The notes under the pieces were generated by a model, which ran no database searches, was not told where the DNA came from, and worked only from the letters and a program-made list of their open reading frames with translations. Both the position numbers and the translations under genes were made by a program. Shown here piece by piece: positions 25,991 through 37,957 of a stretch of DNA of 64,000 nt (its first letter is position 1; every line of letters starts with the position of its first letter). Source of the DNA: Callorhinchus milii (Eukaryota); NCBI RefSeq assembly GCF_018977255.1, contig NW_024704742.1, positions 44,084,001 to 44,148,000 on the forward strand. The letters run 5' to 3'.

Positions 25991-26543
25991 TTCGAACCTT
26001 TTCTTGTCTGTTCCCCCCAGTTTGGCAGTGTTGGCAGCCACAGCCCTGTTATGATGACTTATCCATCCATCGCCTTTAACACTTAGCCAACTTTCTTCAG
26101 TCCTGGTCTGTCTTATCCATAACACATCAAATAGACAGAAATGTCCTGCCTTGCTTTTTTTTTGGGGGGGGGAAACAAAATCGCTAAAACACCCCCCCAA
26201 AAAAAATTTTAAAAAAAATTGGGGGGGTCCAGGAAAGAAGAAATCTAAATTAATTTTACGTTAATATTTTTTTTAGCACAGAACCATCATTTTGCAAACT
26301 CCAGAGCAAAGGGTAGGTGGAGCAGTAAGGTTTGAAGTGCTCAGCTCTGCAGCACTGGTGTTGGATGAGTTAGAGGATCTGTGATGTGCAACACAAAAGC
26401 TGAAGGTCTCAGTGAAAGCTTTGATGCAGTCAGACACCTGTCTGGCAGCCCCCACCCTTCCTTCAGTCCTTCAGACCCGCCCCCAGGCACACAACGATTA
26501 CAATTCCACGCATACCATCCAGGGCTTCAGAGCACCGACTTCA

Positions 26544-26549
26544 TTTATA
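26544..26549 (-). promoter_or_regulatory. Candidate TATA box for CCKAR
   Basis: TATAAA on the minus strand about 555 bp upstream of the ATG, next to a CpG-enriched stretch; motif match only. Confidence 0.25.
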
Positions 26550-26597
26550 TTTGTGCGCTCCTTGGGTCTCTTGTTTTTTAACTCTTAATAGTCGCGA

Positions 26598-27225
26598 TCC
26601 TTGCATTTGGTGTAGATCGCGCTCTCGCACGCAGGAAAGAAGTCTCAAAGCACTTCTCAGGAGTTTACTGTAAAATGAAGTGACTGCATGTTCGTCGGTG
26701 AACGGGGCTGCCCAATTGCGCACAGCAATGCCCCACAAACAGCGGTAGAGTGAGTGACCAATTTTTATTTAGGGGGTTGTTGGCCAGGACACCGGGAGAA
26801 ACCTCGTGTCTTTTCAAATTTGTGGAGTCCAGTAGCTCAGTGGTTAGAGCACTCGCTTTGCAAGTGAGAGACCTGAGTTCAATTCCAGGCAGAGCGAAAC
26901 CTTGGGCAAGTTTCCTTACTCCACACGCCTAATAATAATCCCTCCAAAAAAAAAAAACAATAATTAAATTGGTCATTTTCAATCTACGACTGTTTGTGGG
27001 ACATTGCTGTGCGCAATTGGCTGCTGCGTTCGCCCACAAATATACAGTCAATTCACTTCTGTGAAGCGCTTTGGGACGTCCTCCTGACGTGAAAAGCGCT
27101 ATATCAAATGCAAGGACTATTATTATTATTATTAAATAGTGCCTTGGGTTCTTTAGCGTCCACCTGAACAGGTAGGCAGGACCTCAGGTTAACGTCTCAT
27201 CTGAAGGACGGCGCCTCTGAAAATA
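26598..27225 (-). mobile_element. Old Deu-domain-like SINE interrupted by the young SINE at 26822-27133
   Basis: The left part ending tcttttcaaat and the right part starting agtgccttggg rejoin to the family consensus. Confidence 0.8.
26822..27133 (+). mobile_element. tRNA-derived SINE, short subfamily, nested in an older SINE
   Basis: Full match; the flanks rejoin into a continuous older element. Confidence 0.92.
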
Positions 27226-27371
27226 TCACAGATTCATTGCTAAGATATCAGATGTGAGACAATGTAAAGTGTCTGGCCAAGTTGAAGCTTTCTCCACTGG
27301 ATCAGAGGTGATTGAGGGGCAATGCGGTAGAAAAGTCTTGATTGGGTAGATAAGCAAAAACTATTTTATAT

Positions 27372-27690
27372 GAACTACCTCTCCGACTTCCTCACGCCCC
27401 AATCCACCACCCAGAACCTCCGCTCTACTGGCATCGGCCTCCTACTTGTCCTTCGCACCGCTCTACCATTGGAGGTCACGCTTTCAGCCACTACGCCCCG
27501 AAGCTCTGGAACACTCTCCCTCAATCCCTCTACTTTGCCACCTCCCCTTTTTCAAATTCCACCTGAAAACTTTCCTGTTCGACTGTGCTTATGGCCACCT
27601 CCCCCTGGCTCGGAATCAGGCTATGCCACTTTTAAGCACTCTGAGACGCTACCCTGCGTGGAGGGCGCTATATAAGTGTAAGTTGTTGTA
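27372..27690 (+). mobile_element. L2 LINE 3' end
   Basis: YLSDFLTP...LRST...FKFHLKTFLFD; gacgctaccctgcgtggagggcgctatataag tail. Confidence 0.85.
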
Positions 27691-28009
27691 AAGTGTACTG
27701 ACTGTAGTTTGTAGGCAATTTAGGTCATTCTTCTCTTAAAGGGTTGTTGGGGTTTGGAGTTAATTACACAAGAAACTGGATCAATAGAATTGTTCAAAGG
27801 GAACTGGATAAGTCCCTGTGCTTAGCAAGGCTTAAGGGTGTTCCTGTGCACATAGGAATCTTGCACAAAATAATCTGAGCTCCCATGTACAGAAGAAGCT
27901 AAAGCAGTACAGATTCATTTCATGAGGAGCCATTTTTTTCTTTGACAGCTTGACTGATTTTTAACAACAAAAATTGCGGGAGTAATGTAGAGCAATAGAG
28001 AGTGAGAAA

Positions 28010-28372
28010 TAATAACAATAATCCTTACATTTGATATAATGTCTTTCATGTCAGGAGGACGCCTTAAAGCACTTCACAGTATTTACTGTAAAGTGTAGTG
28101 ACTGTGTATTTTACAGATTATTGCAGAGGCTAATTTGCACACAATAATATCCCACAAGCAGCCATGAAAAAAATAAATAACCAATTTAATTTAATGATTT
28201 GTAAGAGAGGACACCAGAAGAAACTTTCTTCTCTTTCTGAATAGTGCTATGGGATCTTTATGCTCGGTTTAATGTCTCAGCCAAAAGATGACACCTCTGA
28301 CAATGCAGCACACCCCCAAGCACTGTATTGGGTGCCAGCCTGGACTGTGAGTCGATAGTCCCGATGTGGGAC
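28010..28372 (-). mobile_element. Old Deu-domain-like SINE
   Basis: gaatagtgctatgggatcttta...acctctgacaatgcagcac. Confidence 0.75.
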
Positions 28373-29076
28373 TGTATAAGGATTCCCAAATGATTATATA
28401 AGGAATGAGGAATGTTTGTACGGATTGTTTATGAATGTTGGTACTGCTCCGAAAGTATGTTTAAATGCAAGTGAAAAGCTATTTGCACTGACTTTATACA
28501 TTTACAACTTGTTATGTAATAAATATGTAATAAAACCTGGGTTGATTGTTGTCATCTATTGTTATCCTACATGTCCAACAGTAAATGAAATGACTATTCA
28601 TGATACATTTCTCCCAGTTTTATTTCACTTACTGAGCATTTTGTTCAGCTTTAATAGTCTAGTAGATAGCAATGCAACCAAATGAAATAATCAAAGACAG
28701 GATGCCATGCTCAGATGCACCAATTGGGTGCCAGCCTGGACTGTGAGTCCAGAAATGATTATATAAGGAATGTGGAATGTTTGTACGGATTGTTAATGAA
28801 TGTTGGTACTGCTCCGAAAGTATGTTGAAATGCAAGCGAAAAGCTATTTGCACTGCCTTTATGCATTTACAACTTGTTATGTAATAAAACCTGGGTTGAT
28901 TGTTGTCATCTATTGTTATCCTACATGTACAACAGTAAATGAAATGACTATTCATGATACATTTCTCCCAGTTTTATTTCACTTACTGAACATTTGTTTC
29001 AGCTTTAATAGTCTAGTAGATAGCAATGCAACCAAATAAAATAATCAAAGACAGGATGCCATGCTCAGATGCACCA
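28327..29076. repeat. Tandem direct duplication (28327-28722 and 28723-29076)
   Basis: Two highly similar copies from attgggtgccagcctggactgtgagtc to gatgccatgctcagatgcacca. Confidence 0.95.
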
Positions 29077-29514
29077 ATCTGCTTGTTATTCTCTCTTTGA
29101 ATATTTCACTGAATATTCACGGTTCTAAACTGGGTTTTGAAATACTTTGAGCAAATATCTGAAAATTCAAAACATTTGCTATTTTTAAACCAATAAAATT
29201 CAATATGTCTTTTTATTGGCTTGCTTGTTTCAGTGTAAAAATACTGTTCAAATGTATTATAACTTTTCTGACGTTCCTGGGGAAAATCTACTGGACACAG
29301 CATGAAAAATTCAAGGACACAAATAATTCATTGTGGATATGGAAGCAATTTAGCATTGATAATTAAAATTTTCTTGCAATATGTAGTTATCAAAATGCAA
29401 GGGTGATGATAAATTAAATCACTGTGCCAATCTTACATTTGCTTATCATCAGTCTGGCCAGCAGGAAGAAACTCACCATGTTGAAAAGGCAGAAGAATTG
29501 GCCAAAACAAAAGT

Positions 29515-29842
29515 GCGTGGTAAATAAGGAGAAAATGTTTCCTCAGGCAGATGAGTTGGTAACCAAAGGACACAGATTTAAGATAATTGGCAAAGAAACC
29601 ATAAAGGAGATGAGGAGATTTTTTTATCCAGCAAGTCATTACGATCTGGAATACATAGCCTGAAAGGGTATGGAAACAACTTCAACAGAAGCTTTCAACA
29701 GGGAATTGGATATGTACTTGAAAAGGACTATGGGGTTAAAGTGGGGGAGTGGAGCTAGTTGGAAGCTCTTAGAAAGAACCGGCACAAACACGATGGGCTG
29801 AATGTCCTCCTTCTCTACTGTAAGATTCTATGATTCTATGAT
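29515..29842 (+). mobile_element. CR1 3' end with (TTCTATGA)n tail
   Basis: NKEKMFP...TKGHRFKIIGK; terminal attctatgattctatga repeat typical of CR1. Confidence 0.85.
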
Positions 29843-30158
29843 TAATAATAATCCTTGCAGTTGATATAGCGCTTTTCACGTCGGGAGGACGTCCCAAAGC
29901 GCTTCACAGAACACACTGTAAAGTGAATTGACTGTATATTTGTGGGCGAACGCGGCAGCCAATTGCGCACAGCAGTGTCCCACAAACAGTCATAGATTGA
30001 AAATGACCAATTTATTATTGGTTTTGGTTTTGGAAGGATTATTATTAGGCTCTGTGTGGAGTAAGGAAACTTGCCCAAGGTTTCGCCCTGCCTGGAATTG
30101 AACTCAGGTCTCTCGCTTGCAAAGCGAGTGCTCTAACCACTGAGCTACAGGACTCCAC
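29843..30158 (-). mobile_element. tRNA-derived SINE, short subfamily, full length
   Basis: Full match to the family. Confidence 0.93.
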
Positions 30159-30694
30159 ATTGATTCAATGTGGGTCTGAACTAACTAGTTCTGTAGATTT
30201 ATGTTCTGTATAGAATGCCTTTGCAATCATGTATTTGTGTTTCCCTGTTACATTGAAGTGTATTTTTTATTACCATCCTAAGAAAATAGACTTCATCTAA
30301 TATGCAGAAAGTATATGTACTATAACTCTTGATTAAATCCAATGACGGTGCACAGCTGGCAGTGTGGAAGTGTGAAATATATTATGACTGTATAGCAAAA
30401 TCTACAAAATAACACATTAAAAAAATTGATGACACATAAAGGTACTTTAATCCAATAATTCCAACACTCAATTCTATTGCCACAGATAAAAGAGCAATCC
30501 ATTTTGCCCTGAAGTATAAATCCAAATCTAGTAAATCTAATAATGTTTACTCCATCCCATATTTAAACTCTATGTCATCCTAAACATGAGAGGGTTTGGG
30601 ATTCCTCAATAAGATCACCTGTGAGTTTTCACTTTTTAGTATTAAAATTATCAGTTTCTGTAATCTCACCTGTTAAATGTTAATGAGGTTTTAC

Positions 30695-31095
30695 ATTTGA
30701 GCACCTTTCATATCAGGAGGCTGTCTCAAAGAGCTTCACGAATGTATTGCAAAGTGTAGTGATTGTGTGATTTGTAGGCGAATGCCACAGCCAATTTGCA
30801 AACTATGACCTACAAACAACCATGAAGTGATCGACCAGTTTTATTTGAGGGTATGTTTGCCTTACTCCATTCTCTTCTCGAATAGTGGCATGGGATATTT
30901 AACACTCACCTGAATGGGCAGATGGATCCTGGATTTAACGTCTCACTCGAAGGACAGTACCTCCAACAATGCAGCACATCCCCAGAACTGCATTGGAATG
31001 TCAACCTGGACTACGTGAGTTCAAAGTCTCGACATGGTGCTTGAACCCACAACCTTCTCAGTCAGAGGTGAGAGTGCTACCAACTGAGACAGGTT
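30695..31095 (-). mobile_element. Old Deu-domain-like SINE, near full length
   Basis: tRNA-like head (ttgaacccacaaccttct...gagtgctaccaactgag), central domain and L2-type tail; resembles SacSINE1/AmnSINE-type elements from memory. Confidence 0.8.
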
Positions 31096-31107
31096 AATAT
31101 GCAGTGC

Positions 31108-31243
31108 CAAAGGCAAAGTACTATAGATGCTGGAAATCTGGTATAAACACAGAAGTCGCTGGGAACACGCAACTGGTCAGGCAGTACCCATGGAGAGAGG
31201 AAAATTAGTCAACTTTTTAGGTCAATGACCTTTCGTCAGAACA
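31108..31243 (-). mobile_element. Penelope-like element terminal fragment with a decayed hammerhead core
   Basis: gatgctggaaatctg...ggtcaggcag...ggagagag resembles a common chondrichthyan repeat (from memory); minus strand reads CTGACGA-a-aggtc-att-gacct-AAAA. Confidence 0.55.
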
Positions 31244-33659
31244 GAGCCAGGCTGACTAAACATGTATTTTAAGACACCTCGGCAGTTTTCAAGTAGGGTC
31301 AATATCTGGAAAATCTGCATGAAAAAAATATTTTGAGAATGTCCATAATGTTGGAGTCTGTGGGGTAGTTTTCTTTGCGGCAGGTATGATTATTGTGATT
31401 TTTATGGAGTTCATGTCCAGTAGAAAGCAAAATGATATAACCAATGACTTGACTACATGACTGCATCACTGATCAAATCCTACTGGGTTTTTGTCCCAAT
31501 AAAGAATAATTTAATTTTAAAAGAACAAATAAAATATACAACTCAAATTACAAAGCTTATTGCTGCAATATAAATCATGCCACAAAAGCAACATTATGGA
31601 TTGCTGCAAAAAGAGTTTTCGAGCAGATCATTCCAGATAGTAACTCTACTTGAAAACTGTTCAGATTCAGTGATAATGTGTCTTACACTGTCAACAGGGG
31701 AAAGAAAGGTATAAAAATGTTTCATCCTGAATCATTTGCTACTAGGTACAGTGAAGATTTGACAGAAATAGGAGACCTCAAGCTAATGAAAACAGCTAAT
31801 TGTATCAATATCTTAGCACTTACCCCTTATGTTCTGGGGTAAAACCTCCCCAAACATTGTATGTAGTCTGATTCTAGAACCATACAACTCCCATGTCCAG
31901 TTTTACTCTTTAACTCCAGCTTTCAGTGGAGCTTTTTTTTACAAAATGTTCATGGTCCTATCAAATCATTAGGCTTTGATGCCTCTTATGTTTGACTTTC
32001 AATGTTTGCTTAGCTGAATGTGGTTCAGTGCAATTAATTGAACAGTTGCGCAGATGTGAAATGGCATGGGTTCCCCACAGAAAGATCATAATATTCTGAA
32101 GTTTATTTAGGATCATCTTCAATTTTACCAATATTTCATTTAAGACATAATTAATCCTACAAGTTAAATTAAAGAAATGTAACTAAAAATACTTCACATA
32201 TTAAATTTATGAGCAAGAAGTTATTGGAAACATATTGTGGAGAGTGGTGGTTTCTGTTGTGTGAGATCAAAGAGTGTTTTCTGTTTTATGACTTTTGATA
32301 GTTTATGAATTGATTAGCCATTCGGCATTGAATATAATCTGTAGAGTGAACACAGATACGCCAATTTTTCAAAGATGCAAATTAATCTACACAAGTATTA
32401 TTGTTCACGCGAATGTGCCAGGGCAAAACTTACAAAGTTCAGAAATCTTGTAAAAATCGAAGTAAATTTCTATCTTCAAAGGCAACCCCTTATTCTGGCA
32501 GTAATCTATTTTAAATGAATGAAAAGGATAATTTTAGAGTTCCATTGCTCTTTCGATGTTAGAAAAGCAGTATTATAACATTCAAGCTTGATCGACTAAT
32601 GCTACCTAATAAGTACAAGAGGAGTGGCTTAAATTATAAGAATGTAAAGGTGTGAGGAGGTGAAAATCTTAAAGTACTTTCAATGTGTTTATAAAAGGAA
32701 GGCAGCAGGTGTGTTCAAAGGACAAAGGAACCAGGCGGTTGAAATGGTAAATTACACATTAAGTATTTTCGATTTGATATTGCAACATATTGAGCCGATA
32801 GCACAGTTAATTTGTTATCTTTATGTAAATATATTGGGTATATTATTTCAATTTGTCAATGTCTGATGTGGTAAAATTTGTTTTTGGAGAGGGTTGGTAG
32901 CATGGTACCATGTAAAATCCAGTATGCCTAACAACTATTACAGGTAAGTGCTAATTTCTCAGGAACCCACTCAGTAAGACTGATGAATATAAATGCAGAT
33001 TCCAAGAATACACAGATTATATGGACTCTATTTACAGGAACTGTTGCTGGGTTTTTGCAAGAGGTGAACATAAATAAATATTCAAAGTTTATAACACATG
33101 TATTTTATCATGACCATCCTAAGAATGAGACATGATTCACACAATATTTTAAACAATAAAAAATTCCATCCCTACATTAATCTCCAATCTCCATTCACCT
33201 GGAGAGGAGTAGGTGCTGAAACCAGATTGCAGAGGAATAAGCAATTAATTGTGATTGAGGTTGAATGTAATTATCTTACTCCAATGTGAAAAAGATGGAA
33301 ATAATCAAAAGGGTAATTGACTTTAATGAGTGTGTTTTAAAATGATGTGTTGCTACAGTGGGTAACTGGGGAACATAGGAAACTAAAGAAACTCACACTT
33401 GTCTGCCCATAATGAACGACTCGCTAAGCTGTTAGTACAAAAATAGAAATGCAATAACTAGGATTAATTTAAATTGGATATGGAAGAGACAGGAGCTAAT
33501 CCTTTGATAAACTATTATTAATGAAAGAAAACCAGAAATTATGTTAGATGTGGCAAGAAATTAATATAAGTATAATAAATTCAGATAGGACTGAGACAGT
33601 GCTCAATGATAAGTTTGACCATTGTACCAATACAAAGGATAATATGAATAAATATTGAA

Positions 33660-34068
33660 ATTATAATAATTTCATACAGCATTTTTCACATCAGGAGGAT
33701 GTCTCAAAGTGCTTCACAGGATTTACTGTATAGTTATTTTGTATATGAATGCAACAGCCAATTTGCTCACAGCAATGTCCCACAAACAGCCCTGAAGTGA
33801 ATGACAAATTTGATCTGGGGTATTGTTAACCAGGACATCAAGAGAAACTCTCTTCTCTTTTTGAGTCTTGCCATAGAATCTTTAACATTTACCTGAATAG
33901 AAAAACGGGGCCTCAGTTTAATGTCACATCCAAAACATGGCACCTTCAGCAATACAGCGCTTCCCCAGCACCTCGTGTGTCAGTCTAGACTATGAGCTCA
34001 AAGTCCCAATGTGGGGCTTGAGCCCCCAACCTTCTGACTCAGAGGCAAGAGTGAGCCAGGATGATACC
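33660..34068 (-). mobile_element. Old Deu-domain-like SINE, near full length
   Basis: Alignable to the 30695 copy. Confidence 0.8.
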
Positions 34069-34455
34069 AATTATGGCTGTAAACGACAAGTAAAGGATAT
34101 TGTTACTATTGCCGTGGTATGAACATGACTGTGAGGTGAAGATGGACAAGAGCAAAGTGGCAACATTTCCCAATGATAAACTGGTATAGCAATGTGGAGG
34201 AGGGCATTAATGGTAAAGGATGAACTAACAGCAGAAGAGGAACTCACAATACCAAAATAGTTTAAGAAATTAAAATTTTGCATTTATATATGATTTATCA
34301 TGTAGGATAATATCTTGGAGTACTTCACAAGAAGAAGCAAGAAGACAGTCAGAAGCTGAAGAGTTAAAAACCTCAAGAGAGATTGATTTTGTCTCTGTGT
34401 TCCCTTTTCCAGAGCTTTACATACCTTTATGTCTTGTAACTGTTCCCACAGTGAC

Positions 34456-34812
34456 AGTGGCTTAACAAGGCCCCAGGGGGCCCTGGTGCAAGAATAGGTT
34501 AGGGACCCCTTCCCCATTCCTAAATTTGCAGTGTTGTTTACCTTTACCATTTTGAAAATGCAGAGCGTCATCAGAACAGGAGTTGGAGTCTCAGAATTAA
34601 AAAGAACTGTCACTATGTCATACCAGCCCACCTTGAGCCCAGGAAACAGGTAGGAATTTCTGAAATGGCTCAAACATTGAAGGGGTGGGCACACAGGTAT
34701 GTTTCCACCCACCAACATTCCACCACCAGTGGGTTGGGCCCCCATGACCTCTTGTGTGCCCCGGTTCGACTGTACCACTTGCACCACTGTAGTTTGCACC
34801 ATTATATCACTG
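34456..34812. mobile_element. Possible hAT-type non-autonomous element
   Basis: Starts CAGTGGCTTAAC followed by gggggccc motifs and ends near ...gcaccactgtagtt...tcactg; no clear 8-bp TSD. Confidence 0.35.
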
Positions 34813-36995
34813 CACGGTGGGATCTTTGCCTTCTGCAACTCTGCATCTTTACAGTTCAAAGGATTAACAATTATCCATACCAAGCATTCTGCATACTGGA
34901 TTTTTATGAGGTCCTTTTCATTTTTATGAGATCCTTTTCCATGCTATCAGACTCTCTAAGTAGTGGAAATTATCACACAGGTCAGAAGCTTAACAAATAA
35001 AGAAAACTGCTAACTTATTTACTCTAATATGCTGCCCTTGTAAAGGGAACTTGTAATATACGTTGTTGTTGTTGGAAGCAAAATACTAAACTTACAATTT
35101 ATAAAGTACAAAATATTCTAGAATCATCTTTTCTCGTCAGCTAGATGCCTGACACACACGGAAACCCATGCTTAAGAGTATCCAAACCAGATTGAGAATT
35201 CCACACATGCACAGAGATTTCCATTTCTCTGGAATGGAGTGCACACTCTCTCCCCAAGGAACACTTTCTGCTCACTTAATTCCAGAAAGGCTCAAATTGG
35301 CTAGAACCAAGTCTTGGTTCCTCAGAGTATTTGTTGGGGCAACACTTGCTGGATTTTAACAAACTAAACTTGCATACATCACCATTACAAATGTCAAGCT
35401 TCCTGCTGTTTGTGCAGTTAACTTCTCCCTACCTGTTGGTGCTTTGGCTTGTAGGATTAACAAACGTTGAATGGAAAGAATCCCTGCCTCCAGTGACTGA
35501 GCTTGTCTTCTGTGGGCTAGTTTTAATATGCTAAAATATTTGTCATTGTTTCTGTCTCTTCCGCGCAACACATGCTCTCCAAGACACCTTACATTGAGAT
35601 CATTTGAACTCTGACAGAGGTACAGTCCTCCATGTCTCTTGCCACCTTTATAATGGCAATAAGCCACTGTCACTGTGGGAATGGTTACAAGACATGACAG
35701 TATCCAAAGCCCTGGAAAATCTAATGAAAAATACAAGAAATCTCAACGACCAGCTCAATTTGAAGTTCTGAGTTTTTTAATCACTTACAAACATTTCCTA
35801 GCTGACAATATTATTTTGGGGGCAATTCTAAGGTAATGAAATAATAATAATATTAATAATGTTGATGATATAGTGTCTTATCACTTCATTGAGATGTCTC
35901 AAAGTGCTTCACAGAATATATCGTAAAATGTAGTGACTGTGTAGTTTTGAGATGAAACATATGTGATTAAATGACGTTTCCTCAGTTTTGGAGTAGGCAG
36001 CTCAGACAAATTTATATAATTAACACATAGGTGACACTTTCAACTTAGCAATGCAAGATACATGAGGCAAACGTTGCAGGTAAAGCCATTAACTTTGATT
36101 GCAATTTATGGACAATAGATTTTCACACAGATAATTCACATCACAGGCGTGCTAGCTCAACAATAAATTCTGACTCTTGTCACACTATGTAAGACGTAAG
36201 CAGAGGGTTCAGTGAAAGTTGAATACAAATACGTTGGACAATTGTGAAGTGGCAACTGTGTTAACTCTTCGAGTGCTACAGACACATTTGATTATTCAGA
36301 TTCTGCCTGGAACAGCAATCAAACTTGATCAGTTTTAGTGCCTTTCTCATGGTTTAGATGTTGTGTCAGTGATTGACCAGATTCCACATATAGTGTGCCC
36401 CTGTCAGTCTTTGGTCTTTTAATTTTTGATTGGCTGTAAAAGTGGCTTGGCAGTTTTAAAAGATTATAAGTAGAAAACAATAAAAAAAAGGACCGAGGGA
36501 ATAAAGAACAGAAGATAGGAAAATAGGGACAATAGAGGAACCACATGCAAAGCTTTTACATTTTATTTATTTGGTTTAATGGGTTAGGGAAAATACATTG
36601 GTACAGTAATAAATGATGCTTGAGTAGCTTTAATAATGTAATATTTTTCAGAGTCAGAGCAACAGTGTTTGAGCTGAAAGTACAGAACTGATCTGTTCAA
36701 AAGACAGAGGTTTCTGTAAGGACCTGCTTGTGTCTACGTGCCAAATTAAGTCTTCACATCCGTCTACAGAAATGAAAAGTGTGGACAAATTCAAATCCAC
36801 TCCAACTGGTTGAACAATCTATGACATATGAAGGTATCAGTAAACCATGTGTTATGGTAAAAAAAATTAAATGCTTACTGCATGTCTGGACCACATGTGG
36901 TACAAAAGTTTCATAAATTCTCAAGCTTCAGATCACAAATGGGGCATAATGAATGTTTCCCTGATATTCAAACAAGATGTGCCAAATTAGTATGG

Positions 36996-37376
36996 GTGGA
37001 ATCCTGCAGCGTATTGGTTGGAGCACTCACCTCACAAGCAAGAGGACTGGGGTTTGACTCTTAATGCAAAACCTTAAGCAAATTTCCTTCCTCCACATGC
37101 CCCTGTTTATCTAGCAGTAAGTAGGAACTTGGCTGTTAGTCGATTCGTGGATTACTTTCTGGGTTAATAATCCCTTGAAAAAGAAATAAATTATAATAAT
37201 TGGATCATTCAATCCATGAATGTTTGTGGGACACTGTTGTGTGCAATTGGCTTTCGTGTTTTGCCCACATTATATACAGTCAATTCACTTTACAGTATAT
37301 TCTGTGAAGCACTTTGAGACGTCTCAATGACTTGATAAGTCACAATATCAAATGCAAGGATTATTATTACTATTAT
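36996..37376 (+). mobile_element. tRNA-derived SINE, long subfamily, full length
   Basis: Diverged head, extra central segment, family tail. Confidence 0.88.
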
Positions 37377-37957
37377 TTTAAATGAGAGATCTGCACACTT
37401 TTAGTGGGAAAGTGTTTCAACAGATGGAGCAGATGTGGTACAAAATTTTCCAGTATCTATGTTCATCTGAAGACCTTGGAGACCATAAAGGTTTACTATA
37501 ATAGTAATCCTATGTTTGATATTGCACCATTCACGTCAGGAGGATGTCTCGAAGAGCTTCACAGGATATACTGAAAGTCTAGTGACGGCAATTTTATAGG
37601 CATGATATCCGAAGCAAACACCAAGCATTACAATCTACTGGAATTATGTTGTTATAGTCTTAAAAAACACCGGATAAAAATGAAAATTGAAAACTCTAAA
37701 TGTGTTACTGGTGATGAAGTGACTAACCTAGGATGAGATGGAAAATAATTTGTCAAATTAGATGTGTAAGCCTGACACCCTAAACAACACATGACAGGAA
37801 ACTAATAACAAGTTAAATATAAACTCTCTTTTGAACCGATCAGTTTTGTGCTTTCAGCTTCCACACTGTGACTCTGAACAATATTACATTATTAAAGCTA
37901 CTCAAGCATCATTTATTACTATACCAATGTATTTTTCCTAACCCTTTACAATCTCAG

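Noticed and set aside
28416..29039. Two near-identical ORFs ending SLVDSNATK
   Set aside because: By-product of the tandem duplication; no recognisable protein or exon structure
34284..34883. 199-aa minus-strand ORF
   Set aside because: No recognisable domain or splice context; overlaps a probable transposon relic
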